Shown piece after piece: positions 33,975-43,396 of a stretch of DNA of 64,000 nucleotides (position 1 is its first letter; the number at the start of each line of letters is the position of its first letter). The stretch lies in the NCBI GenBank assembly GCA_045803545.1, contig JBJMOW010000005.1, forward strand, positions 576,001 to 640,000. The letters are read 5' to 3'. Origin of the DNA: Gemmatimonadaceae bacterium. GTDB taxonomy: Bacteria > Gemmatimonadota > Gemmatimonadetes > Gemmatimonadales > Gemmatimonadaceae. Position numbers and translations under genes: made by a program. Under the pieces are notes generated by a model, which saw only the letters and a program-made list of their open reading frames with translations, had not been told where the DNA came from and ran no database searches.

Positions 33975-35288
33975 CTACGGCTTGAGCGCAGCCTCCACGT
34001 GCTGAAGCAACGCGCCGAGCGCAACTCGGTCGAATAGCCTTCCGTTCGCGATCACCGCCGCAATCCGTTTTGTGTTCGCAATGTTCTCCAGTGGATTTGC
34101 ATCGAGTAGCACCAGATCCGCGACCTTCCCCTTCTCCACCGTCCCCAGCGCCCCCTGCATTCCAAAGAATTCGGCTGGATTGATCGTCGCAGTCTGCAAT
34201 GCTTCGAGTGGAGTGAGTCCGGCCCGCACAAGCAACCCAAGCTCATCGTGCAGACTGAATCCCGGGAACACGAACGGTTGTGGCGTATCAGTGCCGGCGA
34301 GGAGTTTCACTCCCGCGACGTGGAGCTGGCGCGTGCGATCGAAGCTGAAGTAACTGCGCACACTCATCGAATCGCCCTTGGCAACCGATGACGCCCGTTT
34401 GATCCATCCGCCCTTCACCAGTCCGGGCACGTACTTCGCCAATTCCGGATGGGTGCTGACGCTGTCGAACATGTGGGCGAGCGGCTGGTATTTGACGAGC
34501 GTTGGCGTCACGGCGGTTTTGTTTCGGGCCAGCGTTCGCGTTACGCTGTCGCACATCGATCGGCTGCGCCCGGCGCACACACGCATCAGATCGTCTTCGT
34601 GTTCCAGACTGCGCTGACCGGAATCCGAAGCTTCGATTACGCTTACTGACTCCGGGACTGCACCGGCGAAGCTGACGCCGATTTTCTTTGCTTCGCGCGC
34701 CAGGTCGAAGTAAGCGGCGCGCGGCACCCTGGCCTCGATGTCGATGAAATCAGCGCGCGGTTTACCGTCCTTCCTGCGCGCAAGAGTGTCTACCGCCCGC
34801 GCGCCATCCTCGGCGGTTTTTACATGCGCTATGAAGCGGGCTTCGTTAACCGGACCATCGACGCGCACACCAGCGACCAGCCGGGGACCAACCACTCTTC
34901 CGGCGTCGATATCCCGCTTCCAGCGGAGCGTCGTATCGATGTAGTACCCCATGTCGCGCGCACCGGTAACTCCGTTTGCGATCATCAGCGGCCCTGCGAA
35001 ATCCGAGAACACGTACAGAAAACCGTGGACATGCATGTCCCACAGCCCAGGGATCACGAATTTCGTCGCGCCGTCGATCTTTCGCGCCCCGGCTAATGAA
35101 GGAGCTGAAGCCGCCGGTCCGACGTAGGCAATCCGATTATCGCGGATCAGCACTGTGAAGTCCCTGCGCACGTCGCCCGTACGAACGTCCACGACCGATG
35201 TGTGAGTGATCGCGATGGGAGAGCCGGCCTCTCCGCGCTGTCGACACGCGGAGACGCCTAGCAAAATGGTCAGCGCAAAACGCGCTAT
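33975..35288 (-). CDS. amidohydrolase family lipoprotein
   Basis: VIPGLWDMHVH, LLAGTD, GTVEKGKVADLVLLDANPL; lipobox VSAC; start codon unclear. Confidence 0.85.
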   Translation of the reverse strand: MARFALTILLGVSACRQRGEAGSPIAITHTSVVDVRTGDVRRDFTVLIRDNRIAYVGPAASAPSLAGARKIDGATKFVIPGLWDMHVHGFLYVFSDFAGPLMIANGVTGARDMGYYIDTTLRWKRDIDAGRVVGPRLVAGVRVDGPVNEARFIAHVKTAEDGARAVDTLARRKDGKPRADFIDIEARVPRAAYFDLAREAKKIGVSFAGAVPESVSVIEASDSGQRSLEHEDDLMRVCAGRSRSMCDSVTRTLARNKTAVTPTLVKYQPLAHMFDSVSTHPELAKYVPGLVKGGWIKRASSVAKGDSMSVRSYFSFDRTRQLHVAGVKLLAGTDTPQPFVFPGFSLHDELGLLVRAGLTPLEALQTATINPAEFFGMQGALGTVEKGKVADLVLLDANPLENIANTKRIAAVIANGRLFDRVALGALLQHVEAALKP

Positions 35289-35800
35289 CGCTTGCGGGTT
35301 ACTCGCCAGGTTCCGCTTTGCGGCGCGGCGGTCTGCGCTCCCCGCGTGGTGAAGGTGCCGTCGATGGTGTCGCCAGTCAGGTTTCCGGTGAAAGTCGTGA
35401 CTACGGGACAGTCGCATTGGGGATCGCGATACGCATCGAGCACGCCGCTGACGGTGTCACCGCTCACTCGTACCAGTTTGATGGTGAGAACCTGTGAGGA
35501 CGGTGGTGCCTGAACTCCCGCCGCTGCCGGGGCGTTTCCCGCAGTGTAGGGCGTCAGCGGTCGATCAAGGCCACGCGGCACCATCACAACGTCGCCGCTC
35601 GCTGCGTCCCCGGACGGCGAGAGATTGAACACGATGCTGCCGCTCCTTCCGGTGCTCGGGCTCGAGTATTCCCCGGTCCACTTTCCGGCGAGCGATGCAC
35701 GGTCGCCGGCCTCACCGGAAAGAGTGACGGGTGTTGGCTTCGTCGCGCAGGCCATAGCAATGCCGGCGACGAAGAGGAGCAACCTCGGACGAACATTCAC
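35285..35800 (-). CDS. hypothetical lipoprotein
   Basis: AGGAGG RBS before GTG 35800; lipobox AMAC; beta-rich domain with CDC motif. Confidence 0.72.
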   Translation of the reverse strand: MNVRPRLLLFVAGIAMACATKPTPVTLSGEAGDRASLAGKWTGEYSSPSTGRSGSIVFNLSPSGDAASGDVVMVPRGLDRPLTPYTAGNAPAAAGVQAPPSSQVLTIKLVRVSGDTVSGVLDAYRDPQCDCPVVTTFTGNLTGDTIDGTFTTRGAQTAAPQSGTWRVTRKR

Positions 35801-36051
35801 GGACCCTCCTGTGTTCGGTGTCAAACGGAAGGGTGGGCAGCCATAGTGTCGCCCCGATCCCCGCCCGCCGCCAGTGCACGAGCTAAGGATCCGGGTCCGA
35901 TTTTCCCGCAAGAACCTCTCTGAAGTCGGACCGTTAATTGCAACTGTTGCTGGTGCTCGGTCGACGGCCCTTGCTACTGGCGACCGCATCCCGCGATTCC
36001 GTACAATTAACAGTTCGACCTCAGCTTGGTCGCCCTGTGCAGGAGATTATT

Positions 36052-36681
36052 GTGGACCGTTCCCCTTTCAGCCTGGCCAAAGAGCTTTCTCAGGCCGACC
36101 GCAACGTTACTCGGACGCCCGCAGGCGTGGCCGGTCATGACGTGCACTTCTATCGGACCGAGGAGTCGCTCACCGCCTCTGTCGTGGAATTCTTGTCAGA
36201 CGCCATCCGCGTCGGCCAGCCGATCATCGTCATCGCGACCGAGGCGCACCGCCAGGCTTTCGCCAACGGTCTGCGCGCCCAGCGGCTCGATCCGGACGCG
36301 CTACTCGCCGGCCGACTGGCGATCTGGCTCGACGCACGGCAGACACTCGACTCTTTTATGGAGAACGGCTTGCCGAACCGCGAGCTGTTTAACGCGACGG
36401 TCGGCAGTGTGTTCGCTCGGATTCTCGACAAAAGGCAGTACCTGGTGGTCAGAGCCTTCGGTGAAATGGTCGACCTGCTCTGGAAGGCTGGCAACAGCGA
36501 AGGAGCGATTCTTCTCGAGGAGCTTTGGAACGACCTGGCGCACCAATACAAGTACTCTCTCCTCTGCGGCTATTCGGTCGACAATTTCATGCATGAGGCA
36601 GGCGTCGCTGCATTCCGGCGCGTTTGCGACCACCATACGGGTGCCCGACTACTCGACGATCAAGATAAGATCGTCGCCTAG
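36052..36681 (+). CDS. MEDS-domain protein
   Basis: HDVHFY, VIATEAHR, VRAFGEMVDLLW, LEELWNDL, LLCGY; AGGAG RBS before GTG. Confidence 0.85.
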   Translation: MDRSPFSLAKELSQADRNVTRTPAGVAGHDVHFYRTEESLTASVVEFLSDAIRVGQPIIVIATEAHRQAFANGLRAQRLDPDALLAGRLAIWLDARQTLDSFMENGLPNRELFNATVGSVFARILDKRQYLVVRAFGEMVDLLWKAGNSEGAILLEELWNDLAHQYKYSLLCGYSVDNFMHEAGVAAFRRVCDHHTGARLLDDQDKIVA

Positions 36682-36745
36682 ACGTCGGTGAAGAGCACAG
36701 CGGCATTCTGATGAACGCCGACCAGCATTCGATCGTAGAAGACTG

Positions 36746-38905
36746 ATGCCCGACAGGTCAGAGCAATCGTCGACCCGACTGGCAAGGACAAACGGCCGCG
36801 GATTTGATCGCGGCGCCGCTACCGAGCAGCAGGCGCCTGGTGGTTTCGCGCACGAGACGGGTGAGCTGCACCGGCTGCTCGTCGAGAGCGTTGACGAGTA
36901 CGCCATCTTTGCCCTCGATACCGACGGATTCATCCTCAGTTGGAACGCCGGCGCACAACGGTTCAAGGGTTACATAGCCGAGGAAATCATCGGCAAACAC
37001 TTCTCGATCTTTTATCCGCCTGAAAAAATCGAGGAAGGCTGGCCGGAGTACGAGCTGCGCGAGGCGGCGCGGCTAGGGCGCTTCGAAGACGAGGACTGGC
37101 GCATCCGGAAAGACGGTTCGCGCTTTTGGGCGAACGTAGTGATCACAGCTCTTCACGATCCTGGGGGTCACCTCGTCGGGTACGCCAAGGTGACCCGCGA
37201 CCTGACTGAGCGACGCCTGGCCGAAGAAGCGCTGCGTGAGAGCGAAGAGCGCTTCCGACTGATCGTAGAGGGTGTGAAGGACTACGCGATCTTCATGCTC
37301 GACCCAACAGGACATATCACAACCTGGAACGAAGGCGCGCGACGGCTCAAGGGGTACTCTGCCGACGAGATTATTGGTCAGCACTTCTCCATTTTTTATC
37401 CGCCTGAGGCAAGAGCTATCAACCACCCCGAACATGAGCTCGAGATAGCAAAGGCGAAGGGTGCGTACGAAGAGGAAGGTTGGCGCATTCGCAAGGACGG
37501 GACGCGCTTCTGGGCCAACGTCCTCATCACCGCCCTCCGCAGACCGGACGGAACTCTCGCAGGGTTTGCCAAGGTCACTCGCGATCTCACGGAGCGCCGC
37601 GCGGCAGACGAGCGGGCTCTCGACGCGGCGCGTCGAGTGGCTGCCGAGGGAGCCGCGAGACAAGTAGCGGAGGCCAACCGCAACCGCACTTATCAACTGC
37701 AGCGGCTGACCGCCGCGCTGTCGGCCGCACGGACTATCAAAGAGGTCGGACAGGTGGTGTTTGAGCAGGCCTTGCCTGCAGTTGATGCCGGGGCGGGAGC
37801 AATGGGTATGGTGGATGACAAGGGGGAATGGATCACCGTCCGTTCTGATCGCGGTTATGGTGAGGTCCCTGCGTGGGCTCGCACCATTCGCGTCAGTGAC
37901 GGACTGCCGATGGCGGAGGCTGTGCGAACCGGGCAACCGGTGATTCTGCGTACTAGAGCGGACCGCGACCGCCTATTCCCGAACGTTCGCGATTTGTTAA
38001 AAGACTACGCGAGCACAACGGTCTGGCCCCTCACCGCGCGCGGCAAGACTGCCGGCGCGATCTCAATCCATTTCAATAAGGAGTTCGACGACGACGCGGT
38101 GGAGCTAATGAAGGCGTTCGCGCAGCAGGCTGGCCAGGCGCTCGAGCGTGCGATGCTTTATCAAGCGGAGTCGCAAGCGCGCGAGCGTGCTGACGAAGCG
38201 AACCGCGCCAAGAGCGAGTTCCTTGCCGCGATGTCGCACGAGCTGCGCACTCCGTTGAACGCAATCGCCGGTTACGCGGATCTGATAGCGATGGGGGTCC
38301 GCGGTCCAGTCACCGAAGAGCAGCGCGATGATCTCGAGCGGATCAAACGCAGCCAGCAGCATCTGCTCGGCATCATCAATGACATCCTGAACTTTTCACG
38401 CATCGAAGCCGGTCAGACGACCTATGAGTTCTCGGCCGTACCGATCTCGGAAGCGATGGCGACGGTTGGCCACATGATCGAGCCTCAGGCTGCCTCGAAA
38501 GGACTGCGCGTCGACGTTCGCGAGTGTCCCGCGGATGTAGTCGCGTGGGCAGACCGGTCAAAGCTAGATCAGATACTAATCAATCTCGTCTCAAACGCCG
38601 TCAAGTTTACGAAGACCGGCTGCGTCACTCTGAGCTGCGCATGGCAGGACGTGAATCATGTCACGATCACCGTTACCGACACCGGTGTCGGAATACCTGA
38701 CGAGCAGCTGGAGAAAATCTTTGAACCCTTTGTGCAGGTTGGACGCTCGCTAACTCAACAGCACGAAGGGACCGGTCTGGGCCTCGCGATCAGTCGCGAT
38801 CTGGCGCGCGGGATGGGTGGCGAGATCTCAGTCGTCAGCGAAGTCGGCGAGGGATCGACCTTTACGCTGTCACTGCCGCGTCCTGCTGCTGCACCTTACG
38901 CTTAG
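36746..38905 (+). CDS. PAS-PAS-GAF sensor histidine kinase
   Basis: Two tandem PAS/PAC repeats, [29 protein letters not shown]. Confidence 0.93.
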   Translation: MPDRSEQSSTRLARTNGRGFDRGAATEQQAPGGFAHETGELHRLLVESVDEYAIFALDTDGFILSWNAGAQRFKGYIAEEIIGKHFSIFYPPEKIEEGWPEYELREAARLGRFEDEDWRIRKDGSRFWANVVITALHDPGGHLVGYAKVTRDLTERRLAEEALRESEERFRLIVEGVKDYAIFMLDPTGHITTWNEGARRLKGYSADEIIGQHFSIFYPPEARAINHPEHELEIAKAKGAYEEEGWRIRKDGTRFWANVLITALRRPDGTLAGFAKVTRDLTERRAADERALDAARRVAAEGAARQVAEANRNRTYQLQRLTAALSAARTIKEVGQVVFEQALPAVDAGAGAMGMVDDKGEWITVRSDRGYGEVPAWARTIRVSDGLPMAEAVRTGQPVILRTRADRDRLFPNVRDLLKDYASTTVWPLTARGKTAGAISIHFNKEFDDDAVELMKAFAQQAGQALERAMLYQAESQARERADEANRAKSEFLAAMSHELRTPLNAIAGYADLIAMGVRGPVTEEQRDDLERIKRSQQHLLGIINDILNFSRIEAGQTTYEFSAVPISEAMATVGHMIEPQAASKGLRVDVRECPADVVAWADRSKLDQILINLVSNAVKFTKTGCVTLSCAWQDVNHVTITVTDTGVGIPDEQLEKIFEPFVQVGRSLTQQHEGTGLGLAISRDLARGMGGEISVVSEVGEGSTFTLSLPRPAAAPYA

Positions 38906-39398
38906 GCAGGACCCATCCCGGTCGCGCAAAGTGGCAGGTGTATCCGTTTGGGTAATGCATCAGATAATCCTGATGCTCCGGCTCGGCCTCCCAGAACGGA
39001 CCCACGGGTACGACTTCGGTGACTACTTTCCCCGGCCAAAGGCCTGACGCGTTTATATCGGCAATGGTGTCGATCGCAGTTCGCTTCTGATCGTCGCTGG
39101 TATAGAAAATCGCCGAGCGATAGCTCATACCGATGTCGTTCCCCTGACGATTCTTTGTGGTCGGGTCGTGAATCTGAAAGAAGAATTCCAGGATTTGGCG
39201 GAAGCTGGTCTTGCGCGGATCGAAAATGATCTCGAGCGCTTCAGCATGGGTGCCGTGATTGCGATACGTAGCGTTCGGGACGTCGCCGCCACTGTAGCCC
39301 ACACGCGTTGAAATGACGCCGGCGAACTTGCGAATCAGATCCTGCATTCCCCAGAAACAACCGCCGGCCAGAACAGCGCGCTCAGTCACGTCCGCCAT
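38862..39398 (-). CDS. msrA: peptide-methionine (S)-S-oxide reductase
   Basis: GGCFWG active site, [32 protein letters not shown]. Confidence 0.95.
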   Translation of the reverse strand: MADVTERAVLAGGCFWGMQDLIRKFAGVISTRVGYSGGDVPNATYRNHGTHAEALEIIFDPRKTSFRQILEFFFQIHDPTTKNRQGNDIGMSYRSAIFYTSDDQKRTAIDTIADINASGLWPGKVVTEVVPVGPFWEAEPEHQDYLMHYPNGYTCHFARPGWVLPKRKVQQQDAAVTA

Positions 39399-39461
39399 GT
39401 TTCGTATCCCCAGTTAAGAGTATAACCTAGCCGATTGCGCGAGCGCTCAGAAGGCAGCGTG

Positions 39462-40112
39462 TCATTCGATTTCGTCATACCAATCAAAGCGGTACGCCAG
39501 TGCTGGTCCGTTGTCGCCCTCATAGGCGAGTCTCGCGATCAACAGAGTAAATGGCTCGGTGTATCGCGCGATACGTAGAGGCCCGGCGTCGATCGGCTCG
39601 AAGCCAACATCATTGATCAATCGACGGGCCACGTTCTTCGCCTTCCTGTCGTCGCCGAGATAAACCAGGCTCGGCCTGTTCTTGCGGGAGCGTTTCTGGA
39701 ATACGCTGAACAGCACTTCACTTGGAACTGTACCGAACGCCGACACTATTCGTGCGTTTGGGATTTTCTTCGCGAGCTCCTCTGCGCCCGAGGAAGTGTG
39801 TGCGATGGCGAGATCGGTGTCGTCGGCGTTCATCGGCAGCGAGCAGGTCACCACCACCTGGTCCGACAGATTTCCCGCCTGCGCGAGAACATCATCTACG
39901 CGCGACCAGTGTACAGCGAGCAGAACGGCGTCAGCGTTGCGGGCTGCTTCCGCGGGTGATCCAGCGCTCGCGGTCGCGCTTGCGTCGCTGGCGAGATCGT
40001 CGAGCTTCTTCGCGCTGTGCGAGTAGCTGAACACGACCTCGTGGCCGGCGCGGGCGAAGATGGTGCCCAGCTTGCCGCCCATCAGGCCCAATCCAAGAAT
40101 CCCGATACGCAT
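39462..40112 (-). CDS. NADPH-dependent F420 reductase-like / NAD(P)-binding oxidoreductase
   Basis: Rossmann GLGLMG, DAVLLAV, SSGAEELA, GFEPIDAGPL. Confidence 0.82.
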   Translation of the reverse strand: MRIGILGLGLMGGKLGTIFARAGHEVVFSYSHSAKKLDDLASDASATASAGSPAEAARNADAVLLAVHWSRVDDVLAQAGNLSDQVVVTCSLPMNADDTDLAIAHTSSGAEELAKKIPNARIVSAFGTVPSEVLFSVFQKRSRKNRPSLVYLGDDRKAKNVARRLINDVGFEPIDAGPLRIARYTEPFTLLIARLAYEGDNGPALAYRFDWYDEIE

Positions 40113-40118
40113 CAGAAG

Positions 40119-40191
<73 letters not shown>

Positions 40192-40268
40192 GAGATCAAC
40201 CAACTTACTCGTCGCTGACAGAAAAGAAAACGACGCCGAGCGGCGTCGTCATTGAACGATGTTGTCAG

Positions 40269-40340
40269 AGCCACAGGTGAGAATTGAACTCACGACCGCC
40301 CGATTACGAATCGGGTGCTCTACCCCTGAGCTACTGTGGC
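40269..40340 (-). tRNA. tRNA-Thr(CGT)
   Basis: GCCACAG acceptor; CCCGA-TTCGTAA-TCGGG anticodon arm. Confidence 0.95.
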
Positions 40341-40416
40341 AAGTTCTGGGACTGCCGTATCCCCGCCCTCCGAACTGTGAAAGCTCCTTGCGCTTCACTA
40401 GCCTAGAGGCGTTGTA

Positions 40417-40498
40417 TGCCCTGGAGCGGACTCGAACCGCTATGCCTTGCGGCACCACCCCCTCAAGATGGCGTGTCTACCAATTTCACCACCAGGGC
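40417..40498 (-). tRNA. tRNA-Leu(GAG)
   Basis: GCCCTGG acceptor; CCATC-TTGAGGG-GGTGG anticodon arm; long variable arm. Confidence 0.95.
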
Positions 40499-40549
40499 TC
40501 TTCAACTCTCGCCGGTCGCGAAACCTGCGAGTTGCGAACTTTTTTCCAA

Positions 40550-40624
40550 CGGGGCCGACGGGGCTCGAACCCGCGACCTCTCGAGTGACAGTCGAGTGCT
40601 CTAACCAAACTGAGCTACGGCCCC
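40550..40624 (-). tRNA. tRNA-Asp(GTC)
   Basis: GGGGCCG acceptor; CTCGA-CTGTCAC-TCGAG anticodon arm. Confidence 0.95.
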
Positions 40625-40702
40625 AACTCTGGAGTCAGGGTCGAAAACCCCTTCCTCACCACGCTCCAAACGCGGACTGGTTGTCAGTCAATCCGTCCTA
40701 CG

Positions 40703-40744
40703 CTTCCCGCTTCCCACTTCCCGCCTCCCGCCTCCCGCCTCCCG
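40703..40744. repeat. heptamer tandem repeat (CYTCCCR)x6
   Basis: cttcccg cttccca cttcccg cctcccg cctcccg cctcccg in a tRNA spacer. Confidence 0.85.
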
Positions 40745-40747
40745 CAA

Positions 40748-40819
40748 TAGCCCCAAGGGGAATCGAACCCCTCTCTGCACCGTGAAAGGGTGCCGTCCTA
40801 ACCGATAGACGATGGGGCC
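40748..40819 (-). tRNA. tRNA-Glu(TTC)
   Basis: GGCCCCA acceptor; GCACC-CTTTCAC-GGTGC anticodon arm. Confidence 0.95.
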
Positions 40820-40842
40820 GATCAGACTCGCGTCTCCATCAA

Positions 40843-40915
40843 TAGCGCTAACGGGATTCGAACCCGTGTTTGGGCCTTGAGAGGGCCCCGTCCTAGTCCC
40901 CTAGACGATAGCGCC
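40843..40915 (-). tRNA. tRNA-Glu(CTC)
   Basis: GGCGCTA acceptor; GGGCC-CTCTCAA-GGCCC anticodon arm. Confidence 0.93.
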
Positions 40916-40970
40916 ACATGCCATTCCTTTGGGATACATCAACTGCTGTGAACAGATTGCGAATTGCGAG

Positions 40971-41043
40971 CAGGCCCGGAGGGAATCGAACCCCCAACCG
41001 CCGGTTTTGGAGACCGGTGCTCTACCAATTGAGCTACGGACCT
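40971..41043 (-). tRNA. tRNA-Trp(CCA)
   Basis: AGGTCCG acceptor; CCGGT-CTCCAAA-ACCGG anticodon arm. Confidence 0.95.
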
Positions 41044-41055
41044 AGTTCTACTCGA

Positions 41056-41133
41056 TGGGGTGGCTGACGGGAATTGAACCCGCAACCCCCGGAGCCACAG
41101 TCCGGTGCTCTAACCAATTGAGCTACAGCCACC
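41056..41133 (-). tRNA. tRNA-His(GTG) with encoded G-1 and CCA
   Basis: G-GTGGCTG...CAGCCAC-C-CCA; CCGGA-CTGTGGC-TCCGG anticodon arm. Confidence 0.95.
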
Positions 41134-41178
41134 ATCAACCGCTCTGCACATCTTAATTGCGCCCAACTGGTGAATCAA

Positions 41179-41742
41179 TTACTTCGCGCGGTCCATATAC
41201 TCGCCGGTATTCGGATTCACGCGAACCTTTTCACCACTGCTGACGAACTCAGGAACGTTCACCGTCACACCATTCTCGAGCTTCGCCGGCTTCGTTGATG
41301 CTGTCTTGGTTGCCGTCTTCATCACTGGCGCTGTATCGACGACCTGGAGCACCAGTGAGTTCGGCAGCTCGATGCCAATCACCCTGCCGTCATAGTACTC
41401 GGCCTGGATCTTCATCCCCGACTGCATCCACTGCGCGTTGTCGCCGAGCACTTCCTCGTCGATCTCCAGCTGATCGTAGTTCTCGGTGTTCATGAAGTGA
41501 TATGTGGTACCACCTTGATACATGAACTCCAGGTCGTGGGTCTCCATCGATGCCTTCTCGATGGTGTCCGCGGCGCGGAAGCGGTGCTCGAAGTTGTTAC
41601 CGGTGCGGAGGTTCTTGAGCTTCGCCTGCACCATTGCGCGGAGGTTGCCCGGGGTGTGGTGTCGAAACTCTACAACACGACACGGATCGCCCTCGAAAAC
41701 GAGGACCATTCCGCGGCGGATTTGGGTGGCTGGCATAGCCAT
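41179..41742 (-). CDS. efp: translation elongation factor P
   Basis: HTPGNLRAMVQAKLKNL, FMNTENYDQ, KPAKLENGVTVNVPEFV..GEKVRVNPNTGEYMDRA. Confidence 0.95.
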   Translation of the reverse strand: MAMPATQIRRGMVLVFEGDPCRVVEFRHHTPGNLRAMVQAKLKNLRTGNNFEHRFRAADTIEKASMETHDLEFMYQGGTTYHFMNTENYDQLEIDEEVLGDNAQWMQSGMKIQAEYYDGRVIGIELPNSLVLQVVDTAPVMKTATKTASTKPAKLENGVTVNVPEFVSSGEKVRVNPNTGEYMDRAK

Positions 41743-41844
41743 ATCGATAATCCAGGAAAAACAGGTCAGAAACTACAGATCGACGCCGGAACGGTGCCCC
41801 AGCGTCGATCAAATCAAAATCGTAAACGCAAGTAGCCTTGAAAC

Positions 41845-42672
41845 TTAGCCCTGCTTTGCACCTCGGTCAAGTTGAGCGACCAGTGGCTTGAGTCCCTTCC
41901 ACACATTGTCCGCCACGATCTTTTCTCCGGTGACGTTCGGATGAACTCCATCGGCCTGATTGAGTCGCGGAATTCCTGCTACCCCCGCCAGCAGAAACGG
42001 TAGCAGAGGCAAGCCTTCTTTCGCCGCGACTTCGGAATAAATCCGCCTGAAGCTGGACGTGTACGAAACGCCATAATTTGGCGGCGCTTCCATCTGAATC
42101 AACGCGATCTTCGCAGTCGGTTGCCGATGCCGAACTGCCGCGATCAACTGCTCAAGATTCGCCTTGGCAGCCGCCGTCGACAGTCCGCGCAAAGCGTCGT
42201 TCGCACCTGCCTCGATGACAACGAGATCGGCCGGCGTGCGAAGCACCCAGTCGATGCGTCGCACGGCACCGGCTGTCGTCTCGCCGGATAGCCCGGCGTT
42301 CACAGTCTTGATCGCAACTCCTTCGGAACGCGCCTTCTCTTCGATCAGCGTGGGGAAGGCCTGATCGGGATTCAATCCATAGCCCGCCGTCAGACTCGTT
42401 CCAAAGAACAAGACCACCGGCGTGCGCGTCCCTCCAGACCCGCGCGGTGAATTACTTCCTGACTCTTCTACGCTCGCTGCAGCCGACTCCGATCGTACCG
42501 CGGATGACTTCGACGTCCCCATGTTATTCTTCGACACTCCAGTTGCGTTTCCATTTTGAACGTTGGCGGCCGAACCAGAACCGCACGCGACGATTGTTCC
42601 GAGCGCGCCGATCGCAACTACGCGCTGGATTTTCCGTAATTGAAGAATGTGGGCCACTAACGCCTGATTCAT
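41845..42672 (-). CDS. tesA: arylesterase / acyl-CoA thioesterase I (SGNH-GDSL) lipoprotein
   Basis: FFGTSLTAGYG, NAGLSGETT, GANDALRG, QADGVHPN; lipobox IVAC; divergent to ybbA-ybbP as in E. coli; start uncertain. Confidence 0.88.
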   Translation of the reverse strand: MNQALVAHILQLRKIQRVVAIGALGTIVACGSGSAANVQNGNATGVSKNNMGTSKSSAVRSESAAASVEESGSNSPRGSGGTRTPVVLFFGTSLTAGYGLNPDQAFPTLIEEKARSEGVAIKTVNAGLSGETTAGAVRRIDWVLRTPADLVVIEAGANDALRGLSTAAAKANLEQLIAAVRHRQPTAKIALIQMEAPPNYGVSYTSSFRRIYSEVAAKEGLPLLPFLLAGVAGIPRLNQADGVHPNVTGEKIVADNVWKGLKPLVAQLDRGAKQG

Positions 42673-43396
42673 GCTGATTGCTCGCGAAGTAACCAAAGAA
42701 TACATGAGTGGCGGCCAAAAACTGGCTGTCCTGCGTGATGTGTCGTTCACCATCCAGGAAGGTGAGTTTGTCGCAATCGTCGGACCCTCCGGCAGCGGCA
42801 AGACGACACTGCTTGGCCTGCTCGCTGGACTTGATACCCCGACACATGGCAGCGTGCTCCTCGACGAGTCAGATCTTACGCGACTTTCCGAGAATGACCG
42901 GGCACGACTCCGCGGCGAGAAAGTCGGTTTCGTCTTTCAGACATTTCAGCTGATACCAACCCTTACCGCGCTCGAGAATGTGCAGGTTCCTCTGGAGCTG
43001 CGCGGAACCGCGGGCGCTGTCGAACGCGCGCGGGACCTGATCAACCGCGTTGGACTCAGCGATCGTGGACACCACTTCCCCACTCAACTCTCGGGCGGCG
43101 AGCAGCAACGAGTCGCGATCGCCCGCGCCTTCGCCAATTCACCGAAGATTCTGTTCGCCGACGAGCCAACCGGAAATCTCGACCACGTGACGGGGGAACG
43201 AATCTTCGATCTGCTGCATCACCTCAATGCGGACGAAGGCTCGACAATCGTCCTCGTGACTCACGACTCCAACCTCGCCGCTCGTGCATCGCGCGTCATC
43301 AGATTGCTGGACGGCGCTGTGGTCGAGGACACGGGAAGTTCGGCTGTGACTAATGGCGTAACGACGTCCCACGCAACGCGCGCTACAGGCTCGTGA
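42671..43396 (+). CDS. ybbA: ABC transporter ATP-binding protein (YbbA/LolD-like)
   Basis: Walker [28 protein letters not shown]. Confidence 0.9.
   Translation: MLIAREVTKEYMSGGQKLAVLRDVSFTIQEGEFVAIVGPSGSGKTTLLGLLAGLDTPTHGSVLLDESDLTRLSENDRARLRGEKVGFVFQTFQLIPTLTALENVQVPLELRGTAGAVERARDLINRVGLSDRGHHFPTQLSGGEQQRVAIARAFANSPKILFADEPTGNLDHVTGERIFDLLHHLNADEGSTIVLVTHDSNLAARASRVIRLLDGAVVEDTGSSAVTNGVTTSHATRATGS

Noticed and set aside
23170..37620. Recent duplication or gene conversion between the PAS kinases at 23053 and 36746
   Set aside because: Similarity is high at protein level with many synonymous differences; ordinary paralogy
40625..40700. Additional degenerate tRNA in the array spacer
   Set aside because: Only a TGGAG/CTCCA hairpin; no cloverleaf or anticodon arm
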